From Octopus vulgaris (lineage: Eukaryota), in NCBI GenBank assembly GCA_951406725.2, contig OX597817.1:149978001-150042000 (forward strand): 64,000 bases of DNA, given 5' to 3'. Below are positions 25,853-39,639 of the stretch, piece by piece. Made by a program: the position numbers and the translations under genes. The notes under the pieces are model-generated. The model was not told the origin of the DNA. It saw only the letters and a program-made list of their open reading frames with translations, and did not search any database. The number at the start of each line of letters is the position of its first letter. Position 1 is the first letter of the stretch.

Positions 25853-26402
25853 GATGCACCCACTACTCCCCCCACCACCACCAATATAACAGTCTAGATA
25901 TTCATTCAGTTCTTATTGTTGCTGTTAATACCATTATCATGTCTACATGTCTATCAGTTGCATGCCTGTTACATATGAATTTAGAAGTTTCTACGTGTTC
26001 CTTCTACTTTCCCTTCTTCGATACCATTGGTTAAGTTAATTAACTTTCAACATTCTTCAGATGTTTCCTCATTATCATTCAACACACACACATACTATAC
26101 ATTATACACACATGTTTGCATATATTGCACATTACTAGCATAGTTCTCCAAATTCCAAATTCAGCCATTTGCAAATGAACTGTTACAGCAAGCGATTCAA
26201 AATTCAATCAATCGAAATATATGTAATCATAATCTTTTGAGGGTCAAGAACTCGAGTGAAAAAGGCAGACAAGGAAAAGATAGACAGACAGACAGGTGCG
26301 CATGCACACACACACACACATGAGGTAGACATCTACTCCAGTACCGCTAAAGACAATGTTCTTTGGTAGAAGTGAAAATAAAAGGGTAAAGAGCAAAAAA
26401 AA

Positions 26403-26720
26403 ACCCTTTGGTCACGAATGACCATGAGACTGCACCAAGGAAGTTTCCCTCTGAGGCACAAGTTTAGCCAAAGGTGCTTGTGGAAGACCAGCAGTCTTCC
26501 TTGCATACCAGCCTCCCCTCCCCGCACCACCGATGTTATCCAAGGGAAAGGAAGAGGTTGATACAGCTTAGCACACCAGTGACATTGCAACTCATTTCTA
26601 CATCTGAGTGAACAGGAGTAACATGGAAAATAACACAAAACACAGCCTAATCTGGGAATCAGACTCACAACCTCATAATTGTAAGCCCAATGCTCTAACC
26701 ACTGAGCCATGTGCCTTCAC
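26403..26720 (-). mobile_element. CORE-like tRNA SINE (family C variant)
   Basis: Minus-strand head gaaggcacatggctcagtggttagagc..; homologous to 7248-7570. Confidence 0.8.
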
Positions 26721-26801
26721 ATAGGAGTGAAGGTAGTTAACTAGATAAGATATTGGTCAACCATCACATTGGTACTAATCTCACATTGGTACTAAGTGCT
26801 C

Positions 26802-27222
26802 CGCACCCACTACACTCTCGAAGTGGTTGGCATTAGGAAGGGCATCCAGCTGTAGAAACTTTGCCAGATCAGTTTGAGCTTGGTGCTCATCATCATCATC
26901 GTTTAACATCCGTTTTCCATGCTAGCATGGGTTGGATGGTTCGACCGGGGTCTGGGAAGCCAGGAGGCTGCACCAGGCTCCAGTCTGATCTGGCAAAGTT
27001 TCTGCAGCTGGATGCCCTTCCTAATGCCAACCACTCCATGAGAGTAGTGAGTGCTTTTTACGTGCCACCAGCACTGGGGCCAGAGGAGGCTGGCAACAAC
27101 CACGATCAGTTGGTGCTTTTTATGTGCCACCAACTCGGATGCCAGTCAAGGCGGCGCTGGCATCGGCCACGTTTGGATGGTGCATTTTATGTTCCACTGG
27201 CACAGGTATCGCAACTACAAAT
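26802..27222. mobile_element. Two family D fragments in inverted orientation (+ 26802-26886, - 26888-27222)
   Basis: D core present on both strands. Confidence 0.8.
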
Positions 27223-27529
27223 TCCATAAATTTTAATTCACATTTTATTCATTTGTGTATTTCGTTTAGTGTTTGATTTTTCATGTTATCAAGGTTTAAA
27301 TAGTGGGGAATTAAGGCAAGACCTTTGAAGCAGGATACTTTTACTGTCACCAACCTTTGTTTCTAAATAAAGCTTTTATTTATTTATTCATCTTTTATTC
27401 CAGAGAATTCAAAAGCACAGGGCTAGCAAAGGATTTGTTGACAGGAAATGGCAGCCAATATCACTGTCTGTAGCAATCAGAGTAGTTTTGTAAATGTCCA
27501 CACACATAAACATACATATGACAGGTTTA

Positions 27530-27915
27530 CTCCTTACTCTTTTACTTGTTTCAGTCATTTGACTGTGGCCATGCTGAAGAACTGCCTTTAGTCAAGCAAA
27601 TCAACCCCAGGACTTCTTCTTTGGAAGCCTAGTACTTATTCTATCAATCTCATTTGCTGAACTGCTAAGTTACAGGGACATAAACACACCAGCATCAGTT
27701 GTCAAGCGATGTTGGGGGGGGGACAAACACACACACACACACACATACATATATACGGCAGGCTTCTTTCAGTTTTCGTCTATCAAATCCACTCACGAGG
27801 CTTTGGTCGGGCCGAGACTATAGTAGAAGACACTTGCCCAAGGTGCCATGCAGTGGGAATGAACCCAGAACCATGTGGTTGGTAAGCAAGCTACTTACCA
27901 CACAGCCACTCCTAT
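27530..27915 (-). mobile_element. Family B SINE
   Basis: Near full-length reverse complement of 37194-37609. Confidence 0.85.
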
Positions 27916-28364
27916 GTTTATGCTTTCTTCAGTTTTGTTTCCCAAATTCTCTCTCAAGTCTTTGGTTAGCATGAAGCTTTAGGAGAAGATAATGCCCAAG
28001 ATGCCATGCAGTGGGACTAAACCCAAAGCCACATGGTTGAGAAGCAAACTTCTTAACCACATAGCCATGCCTGCACCTGTGGGTTTCAGTTAAACTAGCT
28101 ATCAAAATTAGAAAGCATATCAGGTGACATTACAATCTTAGACTGGTGCCTTAGCCAAGAGAGAATTTTTTCATATCTACATAAAAAACCTTAAAGATAA
28201 GAAGTTCTTTTAATATGGATATGCTCTCTTTCCTTGGTTTTGGTCTTGTGATCTAAGAATTAATGTAATAATCTGAAATATCAGACCTATATGATCTAAA
28301 TATACTATTAATTATACATTTTTTTAAATCAGGAGGTTTTTTGGGGGTGTTTAGTTGTCTAACA

Positions 28365-28593
28365 TTAACCCTTTTGTTACCAACCCAGCTGAAACTGCCT
28401 CTGGCTCTGTAGTACAAATGTCTTGTTTTCATAAGTTTTGAATTAAAATCTTCCACCAAACCTTAATCACAATTTAGGTTCCTAACACTAGCTTAATAAT
28501 AACTAAGTTATTTGACTAAATTCTTTGTTATATTTAAAGTAATTGAAAGAAACACAGAGCATCTCAAAATAAATACAGTAACGAAAAGGTTAA
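28365..28593. mobile_element. piggyBac-like MITE (M2)
   Basis: ttaa-cccttttgttac..gtaacgaaaagg-ttaa; near-identical to 38215, 50294 and 61647 copies. Confidence 0.85.
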
Positions 28594-28807
28594 AGTGACA
28601 TCCATTTGTGGTATGCTCCTGACAAGCTAAGTCTGTATGTTTAGGTTTGATTCCCAGTCAAGCAATCTTATTTAATCAACTCATCATACCAACAATTTGT
28701 AGTTGTAGTCAACAGGAGCCTGGAACTGGATATGCATTACCAGGCTGATATGGCTTCTACACACCACATGAGGATGAAATCTTGTGCGAAGAGTTGTGAG
28801 ATGTATG

Positions 28808-29200
28808 TTACTCTTTTACTTGTTTCAGTCATTTGACTGCAGCCATGCTGGAGCACCGCCTTTAGTCAAGCAAATCGATCCCAGGACTTATTCTTTGGAA
28901 GCCTAGTACTTATTCTATCAGTCTCCCCGCTAAGTTACAGGAACGTAAACACACCAGCATCGGTTGTCAAGTGACATTGGGGAGACAAACACAGACACAC
29001 AAACACACACACATACATATATATATACATATATACAACAGGCTTCTTTCAGTTTCCATCTACCAAATCCACTCACAATGCTTTGGTCGGTCCGAGGCTA
29101 TAGTAGAAGACACTTGCCCAAAGATGCCATGCAGTGGGAATCAACCCGGAACCATGTGGTTGGTAAGCAAGCTACTTACCACACAGCCACCCCTGCGCCT
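28808..29200 (-). mobile_element. Family B SINE
   Basis: Near full-length. Confidence 0.85.
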
Positions 29201-30308
29201 ATTGTTGTGTAACATTTTATGTTGCGTAACATTTTAGTGAATCAGTCTTACATTTTCTAATTAGTTGTTTACCACATCCAGATTTTTTATCTTTGTTCAA
29301 GGGTTCTGCTCATAACATGCTTTTGGTTTCATAACTGAACTCAACAACCTATAGATACTCCATGAACTGCTATAATTTAGAGTTATGAGGTCCATTCAAA
29401 ACATCTGAGTGTGTATGGTATTGAACTACCATGGTGTATTTAGGCAGTATATTTCATTCTAGATACTTTGGTTTATTAAGTTATCAAGAATAGGAATCAG
29501 ATTCAATAGAATTTTTGCTTGCTATAGATTGCTATCCGATACAAAAAGGAGATTTATTTTTCATCTGCTTAATGCTATGAGAACAGAGAAAACACCAGAT
29601 TTTTAAAAAATCCCTCAGGGATTATAAGGTATTTACATTGTATTTAGAATTATGGTTAGATACAAACCTTAGTGGTCAAAAATTACTTTATACTGAAATG
29701 ATCTTTTGACATTTCTATCTCACCATTTTATGCAGAAATCATCTCAAATTCAAAGAAGTATCAGCTACAATCAAGATATTGGATCACCTAAAGATTCAGA
29801 ATATAGTCTCTATCACAATCATTCCATATACAAACCATTTCTACTTCCAAGAGATTTCATAGCTATGGCTAGAATATTGGATGAACTAGACATAAAGAGA
29901 ATTAGTTTTACATATGAGAAATTTAATTTCAATTCTACCACTAGCATTCACACTAGACGGCTTCTACACAGTCACTCAACCTGCAAGAAACAAGTCACAT
30001 CTCTTTGAAATCACACTCTCTGATTTCAAAAGATAATATCATCTTACAAATCTTTAAAAAGATAAGATGGCAGTGACAGACTGTCTCATAGGCCTGTTAC
30101 ATTAGGGTTTGCATAATCTAAATTAAACAATAATTCTAGTGTGACTTTAGGCAAGCTACAAGATTCTCATTGATTTATTCAACCTTGATGAAAATAAATG
30201 GCTTTACCATTTCTATTTCACAGTTGGATGGTTGGCATTAAGTAGTGCATTTGGCTCTAGGTGGTCTACATTTTGAGACCTACTTATAGATCATCTGCTG
30301 CTAAAAAT

Positions 30309-30379
30309 TTATGCAAAATATTTAAACTGGAAGAATTAGTCTACTTGACTAATTCTTCCAGTTTAAATATTTTGCATAA
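30309..30379. repeat. Perfect 33-bp inverted repeat with 5-nt loop
   Basis: ttatgcaaaatatttaaactggaagaattagtc-tactt-gactaattcttccagtttaaatattttgcataa. Confidence 0.95.
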
Positions 30380-30809
30380 GAAGGAGAAATGGATAAAAAC
30401 AACGTTTAGAAAATGCATTAGAATTAGGAAATGATATATTCTTTTATATTTTATTTGTTGCAGACACTGGACTGCAGCCATACTGGGGCACCATTCTCAA
30501 GAGTTTAATCAAACAAATCGACTTCAGTACTTTGTTGAACTATTAAAGTTAGAAACATAAACAAACTAACACCAGTTATTAAGTACTGACCAGGGGGAGC
30601 ACACACACACATATACATACAAAACAGTTCCACACAATTTTCTTCTACTGAGTCCACTCATAAGGTATTGGTCAGAGTGGGGATGTAATAGAAGACGCTA
30701 GCCCAAAATGCCAAGCAGTGAGACTGAACCTGAAATCACATGATTGCAAAGCAAGCTTCTTAACCACATGGCCATGCCTGAAAGTTTAGAAATTATTTCA
30801 TGAAAATAA

Positions 30810-31283
30810 ATCAAATTTGATGACTGGCATCCATGCTAGTAGAGTACTAAGAGTACCATCCAAACATGATCATTGCCAGAGCAGCTAACTGGCTTCCGTG
30901 CTGGTGGCACATAAAAAGCACCATTCGAGCATGATCTTTACCAGCGTTGCCTTACTGGCACTTGTGCCGATGGCACGTAAAAATCATTCGAGCAAGGTTG
31001 TTGCCAGTGCCGCTGGACTGGCTCCTGTGCAGGTGGCACATAAAAAACACCATTTGAGCATGGCTGTTGCCAGTACTGCCTGGCTGGCCCTCATGCCAGT
31101 GGCATGTAAAAGCACCCACTACACTCTCGGAGTGGTTGGCATTAAGAAGGGCATCCAGCTGTAGAAACTCTGCCTGATCAAGATTGGAGCCTGGTGCGGC
31201 CATCTGGTTCACCAGTCCTCAGTCAAATCGTCCAACCCACACTAGCATGGAAAGCAGACGTTAAACAATGATGATGATGATGA
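30810..31283 (+). mobile_element. RTE 3' UTR fragment (family D) with VNTR
   Basis: VNTR units, D core and (GAT)n. Confidence 0.85.
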
Positions 31284-31867
31284 CAACTTCAAGCCAACAC
31301 CTTACAAATCGTGTTACAAGATGGTAAATAAATGTGTACTGCCTAATGGTAGCACACTTTTGAACTCATGGTCATAAGATCATGGGTTCAATTCCTGGCC
31401 TGGGTAGTAGCTCATGTCCTTGGACAAGCTACTTCAATCCATATTGCTCTGGTCTACTCAGAGGAAAATAAGATTAGTCAACTTTAGGGTGATACCTCAC
31501 AGACTATTAGCAAATGTAAGATGTCAGTTTCCCTGCTGGCTAAGACACCCTGGGAAAATACAATGAATAGTTTGTCACTATGAAACAGAATAATTTTTTT
31601 TACTAGTTTTAGTCATTCGGTTGTGGCCATGCTGGAGCATAGACATGAATACATACAGAAAATAATATAGATGCTGCAATATCTGATTTAGATATTTGAA
31701 CTTACAGGAATATACATACAATGCTGACTGAATCAATATGTGAAGCTCTACATGGTCATTTGAGCAGATAGAAATAGCAGTCATGTCTCTCTCAAATTGC
31801 AACCAACAGTCTTTAAAAAAATTAAAAAAGAACAGATTGCAGAAATATTCTTAGATACAGATGAAGA

Positions 31868-32310
31868 TGTGGCTGTGTGATAAGTAGCTCGCTTCCCAAC
31901 CACATGATTCCAGGTTCAGTCCCACTGCATGGCACCTTGGGTGAACATCATTCTCTCAAGCTCCAAGCTGACCACAGCTTTTTGGATTTGCAAAGTGGAT
32001 TTGGGAGACATGAAGTGAAAGAAGCTGTGTGTGTGCACGTGTGTGTGTGTGAGAGGGAGCGAGAGAAAGAGAATTGGTACCTCCTTGTCTTGACATCACA
32101 TGATGGTTGTAGGTGAGTGTCACCATCATGCAAGCAGTTTCCTTCATTTCCAATCTACCATGAAAACATATCTGGTCTGGCTATGGGGAAATATTACCTT
32201 ACTTGCAAACAGGTGTGGGTTGGCAACAGAAATGGCACCTGACTGTAGAAAATTTGTCTCGACAAGTTCTGTCTGACCTATGCAAGCATGGAAGAGTAGC
32301 TGATGATGAT
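31868..32310 (+). mobile_element. Family B variant SINE with RTE-like tail
   Basis: B head followed by gggttggcaacag..ctgtagaaaat..gacctatgcaagcatggaa..gatgatgat. Confidence 0.7.
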
Positions 32311-32949
32311 ACTGTATCTGGAAGAAATGTTGGGGTAGTCATGCTTGGAATGCTTTTGCTCACTGACCTACTCAGTCAGGCTGGTTAACAGTCAGGGATT
32401 AACAACTTATCCAGTTTGTCAGATAAGAAAGGTTTAATGTAAAAAGTGAAATTTAGAAAAGTAATTTTTCTTTTTTTTTTTTGATTTTGAAGAATGGTCT
32501 TAATGAATAATTGCTATGTGACTTACCATAAAACCAGGTAGATCAGTTGGTCAGTGTTTTGATGCTTTCTCTTTAGACATGATCATAAACAGGTTGCAAG
32601 AGACTCGAGGTGTATTCTAGATGACAAAAAGAAAAAAAGAAACAAAATAGAATTTTTCTCATCATAATAATTCATAATTGACATTTTTTATATAACTAAT
32701 ATCTTTTTGCTTTTACTCATTTCAGTTGTAAGACTGTGGCCATACTGGAGCACCACCTTGAAGAATTTTTAGTTAAATGAATCAAACAATATTTTTTTTA
32801 AATTTTAGCCCAGTACTTATTCTATCAGTCTCTTTTGCTGAACTGCTAAGTTAGGGGGACATAAACAAACCAACACTGGTTGACAAGCAGGGGTAAGGAA
32901 CAAACACACACACATATATAAAAGAACACACATACATATTTTTTATATA

Positions 32950-34336
32950 TCATCATCATTTAATGTCCACTTTCCATGTTGGCATGGGCTGGATGGTTTG
33001 ACTGGGGGCTGGTGAGCCAGAAGGCTGCACCAGGCTCCAATCTGATCTGGCAATGTTTCTACAGCTGGATGCCCTTCCTAACGCCAACCACTCAGAGAGT
33101 GTAGTGGATGCTTTCTATGTGCCACCGGTACGAGGGCCAGTAAGGTGGTACTGGCATCAGCCACGTTCTAATGGTGCTTTTTACGTGCCACCAGCACAGG
33201 ACGAGTCAGCCGGCACTGGCACTGACGACGCTCGAGTGGTGCTTTTTACTTGCCACCAGTACAGGTGCCAATCAGGTGGTACTGTCATCAGCCACGACAA
33301 CAACTTCACTTGCCTCAACAAGTCTTCACAAGCACCAGTTTATTACCCAATGATTGAAGAGTACTTTTAAATGGGCTGGTTATGCTGCACTGGCATAGGC
33401 CAGTTACGGTCTCACTTGGCTTGCCTGGTCTTCTCAAGTACAGCATATCTCCAAGGGTCTCGGTCATTTGTTATTGCCTTAGAGAGGCTCAATGTTTGAA
33501 GACTGTGCTTCACCACCTCATCCCAGGTCTTCTTGGATCTATCTCTCCCACAGGCTCCCTCTATTGCAAGGGTGTGACACATTTTCACCCGGCTGTCCTC
33601 ATCCACACTCAACACATGACCATACCAGTGCAGTTGTCTCTCTTGCACACCACATCTTATGTCCAACTTTCCCTCAGTGCACTTACGCTCTGTCGTGTAT
33701 GTACACTGACATTACACATCCAGTGGAGCATACTAGATTCATTCCTTGTGAGCTTACGCATGTCCTCAGCAGTCACAGCCCATCTTTCACTGCCATGTAG
33801 CATGGCTGTTTGCACACCTACGTCATACAGTCTATCTTTTGCTCTGAGCGAGAAGCCCTTTCTCACCAGCAGAGGTAGGAGCTCTCTGAACTTTGCCCAG
33901 GCTATTCTTATTCTAGCAGCTACACTCTCAGAGCAACTGCCCCTGCTACTGACTTAGTCACCTAGGTAACAGAAGCTATCAACTATTTCTAGTTTTTCCC
34001 TCTGAAATATGACGGAGGCTGTTTTCTGCACATTTTCAGTGTTCACTGCCCCTGAGCATTTGCCACACACAAAAATCTATCTTCCCAGTTAGCCTTCCTT
34101 TGATATTGCTGCACTTCTTATGTGTCCATAGCTTACACCAGGTACATCTTATGGAATTTCTACCTATGCCTTTTATACAGATCGAGCAGGGCCATCTACT
34201 TGAAAGGATTTGTGGTTTGCCTGCCTTCCTACTTATTAAGACTTTGGTTTTTGATAGATTGACTCTAAGGCCCTTCAATTCTAGACCTTGTTTCCATACC
34301 TAAAACTTCTCCTCTTGTGATAGTGACTCAGCTATT
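32950..34336 (-). pseudogene. 5'-truncated RTE-clade LINE: end of RT, PHD-like finger, C-terminal domain, 3' UTR VNTR and (GAT)n
   Basis: Frameshifted ORFs KGLRVNLSKTKVL..WPCSIC..CTWCKLWTHKKC; GFSLRAKDRLY..AMLHGSERWA; ERQLHWYGHV..GRDRSKKTWDEVV; contiguous with family D. Confidence 0.9.
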
Positions 34337-35159
34337 ATCCTGGTAGGGATTGGCAACTGGAAGAGTATCCAGCTGTAGAAAATCTGCCTCAACAAATTCT
34401 GTCCAACTCACAGAAAAGTGGATGTTAAAACAATGATGATGATGACGATAACCTAATAAATTCTCAAATAAACATTATTACTCATAGTAAATATATTCTT
34501 TAGTTAATTTTTTTTTCAACTTTTACAAGTTTTTTTTTGTTTAATTAAAATTCATATGATTAAATATTTCAAATTAATGTCGTTCCAAAAAAAATCCCTT
34601 GGGTGTCTAAGTAATTGATATATCTGAGGAGGAAGGTATTAATACTCATAAACCATGGTGGTCTTGTCAGATTAGTAAATCTGAAAAGTATGTGTGATGT
34701 TAGTTTTGGCTGTTACTGTGTTGCCTGAAAATTACAGTTTAGCATATCTCAGTCAGTGTACTGGAAAAAAAAAGAAGTCTAACTCCATAAGGAAGCAGAT
34801 TTGGGTTATACGGACCGCATATAATCCAAATTGATAAGTTACATGTGTTTCGCAACAACCAGATTTGTAATAGGGAAATATACACCATTAATAATATTCT
34901 CAAAGAAAGAGAAAAAAGCTGTTCATTATCATCATCATCGTTCGTTTAACGTCTGCTTTCCATGTTGGCAAGAGTTGGATGACTTGACTGAGGACTGGTG
35001 AACCAGATGGCTGCAATCTGATCTGGCAGAGTTTCTACAGCTGGATGCCCTTCCTAACGCCAACTGTTACAGTATTAAAATCCTAATGAGCCAATAGCCT
35101 GATTTTAATTTTGTAATGTATTATTATTCTTGGATAAAAGGTAAGGTAGAGTATCAGTT

Positions 35160-35275
35160 TGGGGATATGACTGGACAAGTGTCAGGAGTAGCATCCAAAT
35201 TGGACAGACGAATGTTGAGATGGTTTGGCCACATGGAGAGAATTGATGAGGAGTGGATGGTAAGGAGAGGGCATA
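35160..35275 (+). mobile_element. Small RTE-like LINE fragment
   Basis: LDRRMLRWFGHMERIDEEWMVRR matches the RTE C-terminal RLRWxGHV motif. Confidence 0.6.
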
Positions 35276-37193
35276 GAACAGGGCTCGCTCCTTTGTGCTG
35301 GAAAATGAATAGAATACCTGGTGTGTGTCTTGTGGCTACCCGTTCCTAAAAAAAAAATGGGGAATTGGCCTGGGTATATATATAATTATACTTAGAAAGA
35401 GTATAAAATCTTTAGATTTCTATTTCCCCTTTCTCTTAATTCTTGAGCTTTTGATGAATAAATTGTTATTGCTTTCGAGATAAGTTAATGTGAATATAAT
35501 ATGGCTTTATGGCGCTTTGTTTGGGGTTGTATGTCTTTCATTTGAAATCATATTAGAACGGACAGTACTTTTACTTAGGTAAAATAGATTTTAGTATTAC
35601 ATCGGGATGAGTTTTTACAAAAACTAATCTTAATCAGTGGTAGGAGCTCTCTTTTGGCTAGGGAGCAACTAGGTAACCTCCCTAGTGTTGGTGCAACAAA
35701 AAATAGTAAAAGGAAGATCCAGTATTCTCTGTAAAGTGGCTGATGCTAGGAAAGGCATCCAGCTGTAGAGACCATGCTGAAACAGAGACACTGGAGTAAG
35801 ATGCAATCCTCTGACCTGTCAAATCCTATCAAACCATCCAAATCATGTCAACATATTAAAACGCAAAAGACGATGATGATGATGATGATGATGATGAAGA
35901 AGACTTATACACTAGAAATTATTTATACAGTGAGGTTTGTGAAGAGAACTAGAAATAGTACATATTTTGGCTCATTCAAATTGAATGTAAATATAATTCC
36001 ACAAAAAAGAAAAGACATCTTGTATATGAGAAAGCCAAATGCAAGTATTGTACCCACACCCACCCACACTCATCCATGCACATACAAACACACACACACA
36101 CACATTTTGTTTGAGAGAGGAAATTTTTTCTTTTTTTTGGTAAGTTCTTAGAGAGTGTTTATTTACAGTAACAAAATTCGACCAGCTGACGTTCATTCAA
36201 TAATTGGCCTCAATCTAACTTAAATATCAACAATTCATGTGCCACACTGTCAAATTCTTCTAGAACTAACCTTGAACTTCAATTTGTTTTTGCTTCTGGC
36301 TGCTCAGTTATTTCACACAGCAATCAGTATGGAAAATATGTAAGCAACAAACAAGAAATTGCTCAAATAAAAAAGACTAACCGTTATAATCATCATTATC
36401 ATCATCATTATTTAATGCTTACTTTTCCATGCTTGCAGAAATTAGATGGAATTTAACGAGGCAGATTTTCTATGACTAGATGCCCTTTCTATTGTCAAAC
36501 CTCGCCTCCTTCAAAGTAAGTTAATATTTTCCCATAGACACTGAACAAAATTTCCTCCATCTTCAAGTTCTGAGTTCAAATTTCACCAAAGGCAACTTTG
36601 CCTTTCACCCTTTTGGGGGTTGATAAAATAAGTACCAGTTGCACACTGGCCTTGTGCTAAAATCTGAAACTGATATTCTCCCATAGATAAACATGTTTTT
36701 CATGTAAGACCAGAAATAAACAACCTTGTTTATATGGCAATGATACTTGCTTACAACCATCATTTGATACTGTGATATCAAAACAAGGATACATACAAAC
36801 AAACATACAAACAAACAAACAAACAAACAAACACACACACACACACACACACACACAACAGGCTTCTTTTAGTTTTCATCTACCATATCCACTCACAAGG
36901 CTATAATAGAAGACATTTTCCCAAGGTGCTGCAGAGTGGAACTGAACCCAAGACCACATGACTGGAAAGTAATCTTCTTGACCACACAACCACACCTAAA
37001 CAATGAAAATTACAATTGCTTTAATTTGTAAGATTTAATTTGTAACATTTTGTTCCTTTGCCTCACTTGTTAATCTGGTATCTGGAACATTAATTTACAA
37101 GGAATTTTCATGAATGACTTCAATTTAGATCACTTTAAGACAAGGAGTTTGTAAGATAGAAGCAGGGGTAGCTTAAGAATATTAGTATCAAAA

Positions 37194-37361
37194 AGGTGTA
37201 GAAGTGGCTGTCTGGTAAGTAGCTTGCTTACGAACCATAGTTCCGGGTTCAATCCCACTGCGTGGCACCTTAGGCAAGTGTCTTCTATTGTAGCCTTGGG
37301 CCGACCAAAGCCTTGTGAGTGGATTTGGTAGATGGAAACTGAAAGAAGTCCATCGTATATA

Positions 37362-37405
<44 letters not shown>

Positions 37406-37609
37406 ATGTGTGTGTATATGTTTGTGTGTCTGTGTTTGTCCCCCCAACATTGCTGGTGTGTTTACGTCCCTGTAACTTAGCGGTTCGGCAAAAGCGACCG
37501 ATAAAATAAGTACTCGGCTTACAAAGAATAAGTCCTGGGGGCAATTTGCTCGATTAAAGGAGGTGCTCCAGCATGGCCAAAGTCAAATGACTGGAACAAG
37601 TAAAAGAGT
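37194..37609 (+). mobile_element. Family B SINE, well preserved
   Basis: A-box-like tggctgtctggt, B-box ggttcaatccc, CORE-like gcaccttaggcaagtgtctt, (TA)n, tail aagtaaaagagta. Confidence 0.9.
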
Positions 37610-37874
37610 AGGTGTACAACCTTCAGTGATATATAAGAGTCAGGCTTAGAGAGAGGAAGGAATGGGGATAAAATCATTATTAGGTTGGATACTGGCCTGA
37701 ATCCTTGCAAAAGAATAGATTGTGCTAAAGACAGTTACAGACAAGATTATGGTGTTCACCTGAGCAACAAGTAAGTCTATTACTGAAGAGACCCTAATCC
37801 TCACCCCTGACAGGCTCTAATACAGTTTCCATCAGTCAAATTTTAGTTAGGGGTTTTGGTTAGCCCAAGGCTAG

Positions 37875-38099
37875 TTAACCTTTTAGCATTTAAATTGACA
37901 ATATCCGGTCCAAATATTTTGTTTTATCTTCAAACTGACCAGGACCAGCCTCTCACACCTGTCCTGTGATATAATTCTAAAAATATACAGTCATAACTTC
38001 AAAAATCTCAAAGCTACAAGATAATATGGGATTAACTAAAAATAATGTGAATAAATAATCATTACATTTGAAAGAGAAATATGAATGTTAAAGGGTTAA
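37875..38099. mobile_element. piggyBac-like MITE (M1)
   Basis: ttaa-ccttttagcatt..aatgttaaaggg-ttaa. Confidence 0.8.
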
Positions 38100-38214
38100 C
38101 AACTTTCAACCAAGAAACCCCAGACTGGGATTGAACAAGAAACCAAGTATGTGCAAAGTGAAGTTCTAAACCACACAGCCATACCTGCTCAATGCAGAAA
38201 CAAAATCTCCTTCA

Positions 38215-38444
38215 TTAACCCTTTTGTTACCGTATTTATTTTAAGATGCTCTGTGTTTCTTTCAATTAATTTTGAATATAACAAAGAATTTAGTAAAATA
38301 ACTTGGTTATCATTCAGCTAGTGTTAGGAACATAAAGTGTGACTAAGGTTTGGAGGAAGAATTTAATTCAAAACTTATGAAAACAAAACATTTGTGCTAC
38401 AGAGCCAGAGCCGGTTTCAGCTAGGTTGGTATTGAAAGGGTTAA
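38215..38444. mobile_element. piggyBac-like MITE (M2), reverse orientation
   Basis: ttaa-cccttttgttac..gaaaggg-ttaa. Confidence 0.85.
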
Positions 38445-38580
38445 ACACTCTACATTCTTTCAAGTGAGGATTGACGAGTTGTGTAACTCAAGAAAAGTTT
38501 GCCAATACACTGAAAAATTAATGTGGGAACCACAACAACAACAATAGCATGCCATGCGAAATGCTTAGCCGTATTTTATT

Positions 38581-38975
38581 TGGCGGCAAGATGGCAGAAA
38601 CGTCAGCATACTGGGCGAAATGCTTAGCATATTTCGTCTGCCACTACATTCTGAGTTCAAATTCCGCCGAGGTCAATTTTGCCTTTCATCCTTTTGGGGT
38701 TGATAAATTAAGTACCAGTTATGCACTGGGGTCGATGTAATCGACTTAATCCGTTTGTCTGTCCTTGTTTGTCCCCTCTGTGTTTAGCCCCTTGTGGGTA
38801 GTAAAGAAATACGTATTTCGTCTGGCTTTACGTTGTGAGTTCAAATTCCACCAAGGTCGACTTTGTCTTTTATCCTTTCGGGGTCGATAAATTAAGTACC
38901 AGTTGCATACTGGGGTTGATCTAATCAACTGGCCCCCTCCCCCAAAATTTTGGGCCTTGTGCCTAGAGTAGAAAA
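38581..38975 (+). mobile_element. Dimeric family A SINE (tail 2 then tail 1)
   Basis: Junction aagaaatacgtatttcgtctg at ~38804-38825. Confidence 0.8.
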
Positions 38976-39407
38976 TGATATTGTTTTAAATCTTAGATTG
39001 GAAAACAAAGCAAAATATTTGGAAACATCTAAAACCTGAAAGACTTTGAAAGCTGTTTTAATGTTGCTTTAGGTGGAATAAGAGACAAATCTCAACCTGA
39101 ATACAATTCCAGTCTATCTCACGTAGTTCTTTCAGCTGAACTGTTTTCCATTCCCTGGCAGCTAACTGAACTAAGACATGTAGAATTAAGTACACAGACT
39201 GAAAGATTTTTATTGCATTTCGACACTCACAACACTTATGAACTGGCTCCATATATTCAACTCAGCTTTGTTTCTTTTCCATTATACAACAGAATGAGAA
39301 ACCTGGATGAAATATGCACTAACAAGCTTTGCAGAAAGTCACGTAACCATAAGAGTAATAAAGAAGAAAAAAAAACAAAAAAAAAAAATCAATATTATTA
39401 TTTATTT

Positions 39408-39639
39408 CAGTGGTTCTCAACAGAGGTCCATATATGATTTTGTTAAAATTTTTGCACTGTAAACTGTGTAATACTTCAACAATACACATTTTTATTTTAT
39501 TGCAATTTCTAATAATATTTGATTATAAAAATACAGTTAGATTTTCTTTTTATACACATGGAATGGCTATGGAGATTCAGGAGAGTAAAAGACAAAGCAA
39601 AGGGGTCCACAGGAAGAAAAAAATGGTTGAGAACCACTG
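39408..39639. mobile_element. hAT (Charlie/MER5-like) MITE
   Basis: TIR cagtggttctcaac / gttgagaaccactg; no intact 8-bp TSD. Confidence 0.7.

Noticed and set aside
33382-33957. 191-aa plus-strand ORF
   Set aside because: Antisense shadow of the RTE ORF
34820-34885. Minus-strand GAAAcacatgTA resembling a hammerhead 3' half
   Set aside because: No CUGANGA-type core or stem I partner upstream
37194-37265. tRNA gene-like sequences (also 10547, 26650, 12010)
   Set aside because: SINE heads with A/B boxes but no complete cloverleaf, followed by SINE bodies
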